The position numbers and the translations under genes are program-made. This document shows, piece after piece, positions 50,901 to 62,400 of a stretch of 64,000 bases of DNA; position 1 is the stretch's first letter; every line of letters begins with the position of its first letter. The stretch spans positions 77,996,001 through 78,060,000 of the forward strand of contig NC_042997.1 in assembly GCF_006345805.1 (NCBI RefSeq). Reading direction: 5' to 3'. The stretch comes from Octopus sinensis. Taxonomy: Eukaryota. The notes below the pieces were generated by a model that did no database searches, was not told the DNA's origin, and saw nothing but the letters and a program-made list of their open reading frames with translations.

Positions 50901-52092
50901 TCCACATCACGTCTCTACCACTTCTGGAGTCATCAGGGTTGTCGTACAGCCCGTGTCCACAAGTGCTCACGACATCTTTCCTTCCACCAGAATGTCGACT
51001 ACAGATAATGACGATAAACGCACCTCTATTGATCCAAATGGACAACAACCGGCGCAGTAGTCTCCCGCAGACCGTTTCCCCGCAGACATTCGCTGGCTGT
51101 ATGCCCCGTTTCTCGACACCGGTAGCAAATGACCTCAGGCTTGGGCGACTCGCAGTCTCGTGCCATGTGCGGGCCCAGACACCGGAAACACTGTCCTTTG
51201 AATGGTCGCACATGTTCTTGCTTCGACCCCTCTCCGCTGCTCCTGGCTCGGCCACTTTTCGTTGTTGCAGTCGCTGCTACGGACGTCGTTCTGCAGCACG
51301 AAACTAGCACGCGAGCCCGAGATACGATGTCTGCCATCGCAATCGAGTGAATGTTCGGAAGCTTCTGCAACTCGACCGACATGTCAGGAAAGCCAGTCAC
51401 AAACGCCAATTTAACCGTCTGGTCCAGCGATTCTCCCTCATATCCCGCCAGTTTAGCCAATCTCCTGAGTTCATTGGCAAATACGTCAACCTGTTCCCCA
51501 GTCCATTATGTTTTCCCCAGGCGAGCATATGCCTCAAACATTCCCTCCACAAAGGCCTCCATCAACCGGATTTCTATTTTCTCCGCGCTAAGTTGACCCC
51601 TCTCTTCCATCTCTTGGTACAGCGCCAACACCGATCCATCCAAGTACAGCGGTATAAGACTCGCTAGGTCGCTTATACCGTGGAGCTTCGCCACCAACTT
51701 CACCTTCTTCAACCAAGCGACTACATCTGTGTCACCGCAAAATGGTTTGATCATGTCGTTCGAAATACGGGCAACACTCATCGTTGGTTTTTTTTTTTGT
51801 TATGGGCCGAAATAGTTTGTAGTGTGATGGAGGAAAAGGACAACAGAAAAAGAAGCAACGGGAGAAAGAAATACAAAAGGCCTTACCTCGGCGAAATCAG
51901 CGGTCTCTTTCACGAATTTAACACGTGTTGTCGCTCTGCCGTCTGTGCTGGAACTTACCACACTTCTTCGCTGATCACACGTGCTTCCTGCCCACGCATG
52001 CGCCTTTCACTCTTCCGCCGGCCCCTGCAAGCCTTACTTCCGCCCTGTCATCCTCTCCACCAACACCACATAGCTCAACAGCCAACACCACA
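47906..52092 (-). mobile_element. Compact Ty3/Gypsy provirus (gag-PR-RT-RH-IN), defective
   Basis: LTRs 47906-48202 and 51818-52092 (TG..CA); exact TSD AAAGA; gag from ATG 51781 with two CCHC knuckles; LVDTG protease; YIDD RT; CDAS/ELDA/TDS RNase H; HHCC and D,D35E integrase ending at 48262; stops, frameshifts and an RT deletion. Confidence 0.96.
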
Positions 52093-52809
52093 AAAGATAA
52101 ATTGTAAAAGACTACAGTAGAATATGAGACACACTTCCAGAAAATGTTCCCGATTCTTGGTTAAAAGTGATCAACTTTCATTACACATTAAATGTGTTAA
52201 AAGGGTAAATGAATATCACGAAATCGTTTCTTCACCTTTGCCTCATTCAGAAATTAAAAAATTTGAAGACAACCGTTTCTTGTTGTTGAAGTTAATGACA
52301 TCTGAACGAAATTAATATTTGAATACGCTAAATAAATACACAATCACCCTGACAATTTCGGTTTCATTCCTTTTGTCAGGCGTGAAAGTAAAGATTTGCT
52401 TAAATATTTTAAATATTCCTGTAACCATACTATATTATGATTCTTATTTCGAGTCAAGTGGACAGTAAAACACTTTAACCATGGCGCTATGGTTTATTTG
52501 GGAACATACGAACTGCTAAGTCTTCGCGTATCTGAACTGTGGTCTATCTAGTCGGTTATCTGAGACTCTGGCGATTTCTGAAGAACGCCAATCATTTTTT
52601 AATTGATTTTGAAACGGTAAAATATTTGAAATTATGCAGATATAATGATATTTTTACAAAAGCCCGTCGTCTCTGATTTAAATGTCAGAAAATAAAGTTG
52701 CTAAATTTTCACAACTTTCTTGAGTTCATTAATGATGCAGCGGAAGTGAAATTGCTGAATCAAATCTATGACGTTTCTCCACAATTGTTGGTAATATTTT
52801 TATAAGACT

Positions 52810-52975
52810 AAGGCAGCGAGTTGGCAGAATCGTTAGCACACCGGGCAAAATGCTTTGCGGCATATCGCCCTTCTTTACATTCTGAGTTCAAATTCTGCCG
52901 AGATCGACTTTACCTTTCATCAAATCGAAGTCGATAAAATAAGTACCAGTCAAATTGCTGGCCTTGTGCTAAAAT
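52810..52975 (+). mobile_element. tRNA-derived SINE
   Basis: A-box-like tggcagaatcg, B-box gagttcaaatt, core gatcgactttacctttcatc. Confidence 0.78.
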
Positions 52976-53480
52976 TTGAAATCAGTATTTCTATAAATCT
53001 GTGCATACTATTTCTCATTCCAAAATTTTTTCAAGCTGAAAATTGCTTAAAATATTCTATTTTTTCCTATAGAGTGTTTTATAGAAAAAGGCATTCTACA
53101 AATGCATCATTTAATTCGATGCAAAAATGTCCCTATATATCAGAGAGTCACTTAGAGTAGAAGATAAAGCTGGAGAATCATATTAATTACTGGTATTGTC
53201 ATCTAAGCAGCAAAATCAAAAATAGTTCCATTTTAGTGAATAACATACAATCGTTTGCAGCATTTTCTTATAAAGAGCTGTAAATTATATACTTACACCT
53301 GTCAACGGATCTAGGAATCTAAATAAACGTATTCACATATCTACCTCCAAAAATCAACGACTGCTTGATAACCATTATCAACTTAATCACCATCACACGA
53401 ATGAAATTACCTATTTAACAACATCATCTACTCCCATATCAACAACACTATCGGTAAACTGTTTTTTCCCTACTTTATGA

Positions 53481-53574
<94 letters not shown>
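53481..53574. repeat. (TATC)n microsatellite, ~23 perfect units
   Basis: Direct read. Confidence 0.99.
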
Positions 53575-56500
53575 AACAAAAAAACAAGAAGAACAGAAAA
53601 TGCACCGCAGGAAAAAATCGATAAATGCCTTCGTCCTGTATGGGACTCCAAGGAATATATCAGTTGGGGAAACAAATTTGGTACAGTCCAAGTACGTTTC
53701 CTCAACGAAAGTTTAGCAAAACGTTTTTCCACATTGGAGCTACATTCGGACGACTTGGTAATGATACCAGTCTATTTAAACAAAAGGGTCACGAAAGTCC
53801 AAATAAAAAACATACCATTTGATGTCGAAACACAATGGGTGGTCTCTGCCATCTGCTTTGAAATGTCAGAGACAATGTCAGAGACAAACATCCTGGAAAT
53901 CGCGGTTCTAGGAGAGAAAGACTATGTGGGCAAATCAATCGAATTCCTGCTTCAATTGGATGAAGCAGCAGAGAGAGAGAAGATACCCACGGCTATAGAA
54001 CTGCCAGGAGGCTACAAACTCTATATAGTGGTAGAGGGCAGGCGACCACGCTGCTATTTGTGTGGAAGCGAAACACACTTGAAAAAGACGTGCCCAACCA
54101 CTGCACACCAAGAGCAACAACAACAACCACTACCACAACCAAAGCACTCCGGAAAAAAAGCTCTACTACCCACACCACCATCAACACAGAAGACGACAAG
54201 AGAAGCACACCAAGCTAATCCGTCATCAACCAAAAACCACTCGACACCTGGAAAAATACCAACACCACCATCAACAGCAAAACCCAAAGGAACAGAAAAA
54301 CAAAGAAATCACACACAAACTGATCCCCCATCCCTTATACCGCACTCAACACACACAAACTCAACAACCAACAACAACGAAAACAACAATACAACCACTT
54401 ACACAGACATACATAGAAGCCCACAACATACCCCTACCCCCTTCTGATTCCTCAGAAATTTCGTCGGAAGACGAAACCAGTGAGGAATGGCAAATAGCTA
54501 CAAAAAGAAGGAAAATAAAGAGCAGAAACACAACCAAACCAAATGCAAACACGAACAAAGCAGGGGGAAATACATCTCCCGAAGACATTTCAAAACCCAA
54601 CGCAAACAACAGCCACACCAACACCACAAAAACATATACAGCAAACATGCTCACAGCCATAGACACCAAAAACAAAATTTGATGGAATACATCCAATCAA
54701 AAACAAACATAACAGAAGATGACATAAAAACAAACAACCACCCATACACAACACCACCAGACCACATCAAAATAATACACATCTCCAAAAGTCTGCACCA
54801 CACACTCAAAGGCATTTTCCCCAGTGCGGTTGGTAAATGCCAAAAATATCTCACAAAGAAACTGTACTGGGATCTTCTCGAGGACAAACCAACGGAGGAG
54901 AAAGCAAAAACTTTCGAGCAGTAAGTAACCCTCTGTATTCTAATTCATTAGAACTATGATCAAGATTGGTTGTGTAAATGCGCGTGGCTTGGGGTCCCCT
55001 TGGAAACAAGGGTACCTCTTAAATGACATAAAGTCACATAAGTTAGAAATCATAGCCATAAGCGAGACCAGACTCCACAATCCGCGGGCCCTAAAGACCA
55101 TGTTTGGCGGACAGTTCAACATTTATTTTTCCCCCTGTCTGCCGAGAATGGGTGGTAGTGGCACCGCGGTACTTTTTCACAAGAGTCTGGATCTCAATGT
55201 AAGGACAATATTCGTAGACCCGGAGGGTAGACTGGTCGTCCTGGATGTCGACGGCAGCAATGGGTGCGCTTTTCGACTCGTATCAGTTTACGCACCGCCC
55301 TTAACAGGTCGGGCGGATTTCTTTCAACGTCTAGAAGTTTTCTTGGGAACGTCTCGTCCTTTACTCTTAGTGGGGGATTGGAATGCTACCTTGGACACGC
55401 ATGTAGACTACGTGGTAGAGATAGGAATAGACGGGGATGCAAATGCCTCAGAGACCTGCTCAGACGCTTTCAACTGTCTGACAGGTTTCGACTAGACCAC
55501 CCGAATGCGCCAACGTGGACATGGAGCAACCGCATCGGGTCGTCGAGATCGTATCTAGATAGGATACTGTGTAGGACAGTAGATAGAGATAGCATAGGAT
55601 GTCCACAATTCCACATAGTCAGCTACACGGATCACAAACTTGTGACATGTACGCTAGACTTAGGTAAGACACTTAGGCAGGGTCCCGGATACTGGAAACT
55701 AAACGCGTCTTTCCCATCGAGACAAGTTTTCAGAGACCGGATTTGACGGGAGCCATCATCAACAACAAATGGTGGTTTGCCCTCAAGAGAGCAGTAAAAG
55801 CAGAAGCGATTAGGTACAGCAAAGCACTAGCCATAGATAGAAATAGAGTAGAGGGTGAGCTAGTTAAGAAGCTAGAAGAGGCAATTAGAAGCGGCATCGC
55901 ATCCGACGTTTTGGCGGCGAGGTTGGCCCTCGACCAACACTTCAACGCCAAACACGAAGGATGTGCTGTCAGAGCTAGGATGCGTGCTCTAAGGAACGAA
56001 GGTGTTGGAGCCGCGAGAGAGGCCCGGGTGGCAGAGGCGCAACAGGGCAACAAAGCCACCATTCGGTCACTGGTAGATGAACAGGGGCGCGAATTGCTCG
56101 AGCCAAGTAAAATGTGTGAGGCCTTTCAGCAGCATTTTGCCCGACTGTTCGGAACGAGTGGAGGGCAAGAACGTAGGGTGGACTTCAGTGCCTACCTACA
56201 TAGCCTACCACGACTCTCGACAAGAAAGGCAGGGTGCTGCGAAGGTGCCATCACGGCGGCGGAAGTGCGGGAAGCGATGGCAGAATGCTCGAGGGACAAA
56301 TCACGGGTTTGGATGGTCTACCCTACGAGCTTTACAATTGTATGCCAGACTTGTTGGAGATCTCTTGGCGGCGGTGTACTGCAACTGGCAGCAAAACGGG
56401 AGCATTCCTGGTTTTGTGAGCCGAGGAGCCGTAACACTGCTGAAGAAAGATCTAAACAAGGGAAATGTAATAGATAACTTTAGGCCCATCACTCTGCTTA

Positions 56501-58554
56501 ATGCAGACTTGAAAATTTTGGCCAAGGTGCTAGCCAAGAGGTTGGCGCTTGTCATCGAGAAACTGGTCGACAAGGCGCAAACATGCGCCGTGCCAGGCCG
56601 GACCATCCATGACAACCTCCATCTGATGCGCTACATCATAGACAGGGTAGTTAACGAACCTGGCATGGGTGGGGCCCTGATCAACTTGGATCAATCAAAA
56701 GCCTTTGATAGGGTAGACCATCGATACTTGGAGGCAGTCCTGAGAGCGGCTGGTTTCGGTCCCGTCTTCCGCGGCTGGATAGCTGCCTTGTACAGAGGCA
56801 TCCGTTCGGTAATTCGCGTAAATGGACATCTATCGAGACCTTTCGACATTGCACGTTCGGTCCGTCAGGGATGCCCCCTCTCGGCGCTTCTATACGTATT
56901 GACTCTTGAGCCACTACTGCGGAAGCTGGCGACTCTAAGGGGCATCCCGCGAGAATGGGATGCGGGACGAGCGTGTCTGCATACGCGGACGACGTCACGG
57001 TCATAGTGTCTAGCCACGAGCACATCGAGCTGGTCGGCGAGACACTGAAAAACTACGAAGCGGTGACAGGAGCGAAAATCAACCGGGAAAAGTCAGTGGG
57101 CTTGCGACTAGGCACCTGGAGAAGCAAGCCCATGCCGTCCACCAGCGCCTCCGTCGTGGGACGCTGGACCGACGGCCCGGTTGAGTTGCTCGGGGTCTGG
57201 TTTGGTCCGGACCTCCAAGTGGAGAAGAACTGGAACGAGATAAGAGTAGGGTGGTGACTCTCGCCCGGCAATGGGCCGAGAGGAAACTGTCCCTAAAAGG
57301 TCGAGCGGAGGTGGCGAACACGTACATCGCGTCCGTCATCTACTACCGCCTGACCGTCGTACCTTGTCCCGACCCTACCATCACCAAACTACAACGCATC
57401 CTCTTTCGCTTCTTGTGGAAAGGATGCGTCCCGATGGTCAGGCGATCCATTTGCTGTCAACACCCGTTAAAAGGAGGGCTGGGCATGCCGTGGTTGATGA
57501 TGCGCAGACACGCGCTGAGACTGCGACATCTCTGGCTCTATGTAGACGACGGTGAACAGGTGTGGTCGCCGTTTGTGAGGCACGCTTTCCCGCAGCTCGT
57601 CCATGACCGAACTGCAGTCGTGGATCAAAAAGAGGCCGAGGAAGGGCGAATGGCACCGCGAGTGTCGCGTTGCTCTCAAGCAACTCTGCCGTCCTGGGTC
57701 GACCTTAAGTGACTTCAACACAACCAAAGCATTCTATAGGGGTTTAGTGGAGGGGAGGTACGACGACGAGCTCGGGGCGAACCTGGACGTCGACGAGGAG
57801 TACCTGACCCGCCTGTTCGGGACGACTTTCGGGCCAGGGCCCATGGACAACTTCCAGAGATCCCTGGCCTGGCAGTGCTACCGAGAAGCGCTACCCGTTC
57901 GGGATAAGCTCTACAGACACGGCTCGAGAAACACGGGGCCGACCTGCCCGAGATGCGGTCAGAGCGACGAAACCGTTCTGCACGCACTCGTTCAGTGTCC
58001 AACAATTTCCGACCTGTGGGCTTATGTCGAACAACTGCTGTCACGTGTGGGACGAGTCGGTTTATCAGCTGAGTCTATCGTCAATATTGTCACGCCTCCT
58101 TCCTTCAAACGGGAAGGAAGAGCTATTTTCATCATCCTTGTGGCTATGGCGAAAGAATGTATCTGGTGGACGCGTCTGAAAGGATTGGAGACAAACACTT
58201 CCTCTCTGGTCAATCTCTCATCAACTTCTTCAAGTACCACTTGAAAAGGAAAGTGAGAGTAGAGAGGCAAGTTTTGTCTAGCGAATGTTTTAAAAAAAGA
58301 TGGGTGAATGTTGCAAGAATGGCACGTATGAATGACGAAGCCACCTTGAGCATAGTCCTATGAACCCAGAAATCGAAAACAGAGAGTTACTTATTTGCAA
58401 AAAAAAAAAAAAAAAAAAGAAATATAAAATGTGACTTCATTGACCGAGGTTACCGTGGTCTTTTCCGTAGGCTTTTCTTTCCACGGGTAAACCTCACCTG
58501 TCCTCCCCTTTACACTTCATATTGACATTTCTGTGATAACGATCCCTATTGATC

Positions 58555-58587
<33 letters not shown>

Positions 58588-58648
58588 CTTTTTTTTTTGT
58601 CCTCTTTCTCTCCTTTTACGATCCCTTTTGATCGAACCTCCCCCTTCC

Positions 58649-58687
<39 letters not shown>

Positions 58688-58759
58688 CCTTCAAAAGAAA
58701 AGCTCTACCTTGTAATTTGTTCTATCTGTGTGCAGCCCTGTGTGGCTAATAAAGAAACA
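53575..58759 (+). mobile_element. Tx1/L1-clade non-LTR retrotransposon A, 5'-truncated within ORF1 and flanked by (TATC)n
   Basis: ORF1 frame is open from the satellite junction (CYLCGSETHLKKTC knuckle); ORF2 54956-58363 has APE, RT and CPRC..H..C; 3'UTR ends AATAAAGAAACA directly on TATC. Confidence 0.93.
54956..58363 (+). pseudogene. Tx1 element A ORF2 (APE endonuclease, RT, Zn knuckle) with several frameshifts
   Basis: GCVNARGL, ISETRL, VGDWNA, SYLDRI, TDHK, GYWKLN, FRPITLLNADLKILAK, DQSKAFDRV, RQGCPLS, YADD, CPRCGQSDETVLHALVQC. Confidence 0.92.
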
Positions 58760-59460
<701 letters not shown>

Positions 59461-59461
<1 letters not shown>

Positions 59462-62400
59462 CTGTCTATGGACGCTGCTGTCACTTCGGCTCCGAAGGTA
59501 ATCGTTTATTTTGACTATTTATAGCCCATATTTTGTGTACATTTTTGTAAATAAGGTGTGTAAGGCACCCAACTTTCGTTTGAGTGCTTTTCCAAGGGAT
59601 GAATTCGCCCCTAGGGGCAGTTTCAACCCTATTTAATTTTTGTAATTTCTTTCTCGACATTTTGAAAATGTCGAGAAATTGTATTGTAGAACGATGGTCG
59701 CGTTCCTTTATCGACCAGCTTTCTCCTAGTCTTGAAACGCTAGGAGAAAAAAAGAATTTATGCGCGCAAAGTAAAATCATCAATGACTTTGCAATGAACG
59801 CTGCAACCACTTGTAGTAACAGCCCTGTCACCAACACCACCACTAGCAAGAACAACATAGAGACTACTACTGTTACCACCACCGCCTTCACCACCACCAC
59901 CACCACCACCACCACCACCGCCGCCACCTCATCCACTACCTCAACTACCAACAACAACAACAATAACAATGACAACAAAAATAAAAATTGCGCCACCATT
60001 TCGACGTCTGCTGCCACGGCTGTCTCTTCTGCCACTGACACCACCACCAACAACAAAAACAACAATAACAACAACAACAATTCCGTTCAGACCTGTTTTA
60101 CTCCAACAACAAGAACTGAAGTGAATAAACAAAAGACTGTGACCACCAAACAAATTGACAAAAGCTGCTCGAATACAGGGATAAATTATGCAAGTAATTT
60201 TCCACCCCTTCCTACTTGCACAATCAAACCAAATACACCGATTTTACCAACTGCAGCCAACAACAACATCACCACCAGCAACAACAATAACAAAACAACA
60301 ACAAATTTCGCCGAGGCGATTAAAGAAAAAAGACAACAGTATATTTTACTGCACAACAAATAAAAGACACGAACATTACAATAACGGAAGTAGATGGTAT
60401 AGTAAAAATAAACATACCAGAAGAAATATTAGAAGATGAAAAAAGAAGAACAATTATTTATAAAATAATTAATAAGAAAACAAAAAGTTCAAAGAAGGCT
60501 AACACAAGCAAAATAGAAAATGCTTGAAACCCATCTGGAACTACAAAGTGTATGTGACCTGGTGGAACAAGTTCGCACACATACAAGTGGTCTTCCACAC
60601 TGAAGAGTTAGCAAGACGTTTCTCAACGCTAACTCTTCATTCAGATGAACTTCAACTAACACCAAGCTATCGTGGACAGAAAGTGACTAAGATCACTTTA
60701 AACAATGTCCCAAAAATAGCTAACAATCTATGGCTAGTAAAGGCCTTATGTGTGAAAATGAAAGATTTCACAATTTTAGAAACCACGGTCACGGAGCACA
60801 AAAACTGGGTGGGAAAAAAAGTAGAATTTCTACTACATATAAACCAAGAGGACATAAAGAAAATACCCACCCAGATATGTGTATCAGAAGACCACAAGTT
60901 GTATGTGGTCGTCGATGGCAGAAGACCACGTTGCTACATATGCGGCAGTGAGCAACACCTAAAAAAAGACTACAAATCTGCCGCAAGAAAACAACAGCAA
61001 CAACAACAGCAGCCGGAAAAAACAAATAAACCAGCTTTACTACCCACACCACGTTTTGCACGAACAGGACTAATCACAGAAAATCAACAAAAAACAAACC
61101 TCACCAACCAAACAACCACACCAACTGCACCAAGAACAGAAGCAACACCACCAACAACAACAACCAAGAATAAACCAACTCCCAAACCAAGGACATCTGC
61201 CAAAAAGACACTCATCGAAAATGAAGAAACAATTACTACTCCAAATCCCCACAAAATTGACACCCCAAACAACACAACAATACCTACAATCACTCTAACA
61301 CAAAATACCCCCACCCCACCTCTAAAACCGCATACACCACAACCTAACGCTCACCAACCAACACCAACAACAAAATCAACACAGTCTACAATAGACCCCA
61401 ATATTTTCCCTCTTCCAAGCTCTGATTCTTCTGATTTGTCATTAGACGAAGAAGACAGAAGATTGGCAAATAGCCACAGGGGGGAGAAGAAAAAGGGAAA
61501 AAAAAGAAAAGAAAAGATATCAAACAAAGCAAGAAGATACACCACTCCCGAAACAAAAACATCCACAGAAAACAAACACATCAACACAAACACACCATCA
61601 TCAAACCCCCCAACAATGTTGACAGCCATAAACACAAACAACCACGACCTAATGGAACACATTAGGTCAAACACCAACATAACTGAAAACGACATAAAAC
61701 AACAAGTAACCACCCACGCACAACACACCCACAACACATTAAAATAATACACGTAACACAGAACACATACAGCACCCTGAAATCTCTTTACCCTGATGCA
61801 GTAGGGAGATTTCAAAAGTATTCATCAAAGAAACTATACAAAACCCTCATAGAAGAAGACTGTGAGGTGAAAAAACAAAGGACTTTCGAACAAGTAACCT
61901 TTTCTCTCTCTCTTTCCTTTTTTGCACTTTCTTTTTGTGTGTAAAATACAATTTTTTATCGGAACATGCTCAGAATAGGCAGTATAAATGTACATGGCTT
62001 GGAAACAAGGCTACCTGTTAAATGACATCAAGTCACTAAATCTGAATATCATAGCCATCAGTGAGACCAGACTCCACAGCTCGCGGGCACTCCAGCACAG
62101 TTTCGGTACACATTTCAACATTTATTTTTCTCCGTGTCTACCGAGAATGGGCGGAGGTGGCACCGCGGTGCTTCTCCGGAAGAGCAATTTTCCTAGACCC
62201 GGAGGGTAGGCTGGTCGTTTTGGATATCGATGGCAGCAATGAGTGTGCTTTTCGACTGATAGCAGTTTATGCTCCGTCCTTAACAGGCCGACCAGATTTC
62301 TTTCGACGTCTAGAGTCTTTCATGGGAACGTCTCGTCCTTTACTTTTAGTGGGGGATTGGAATGCCACCCTGGACACGCATCTAGACTAAGTGGGCAGAG

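Noticed and set aside
52738-52780. ETS-like CGGAAGTG and CRE-like TGACGT motifs suggesting a promoter
   Set aside because: No associated exon or ORF found on either strand; short motifs arise by chance.
52810-52900. tRNA gene
   Set aside because: A/B boxes are present but I see no cloverleaf; it continues into a SINE core repeated elsewhere in the window.
59481-60080. Hydrophobic Val/Leu-rich minus-strand ORFs (also 54361-54696, 61351-61815)
   Set aside because: Antisense shadows of the AC-rich Tx1 ORF1.
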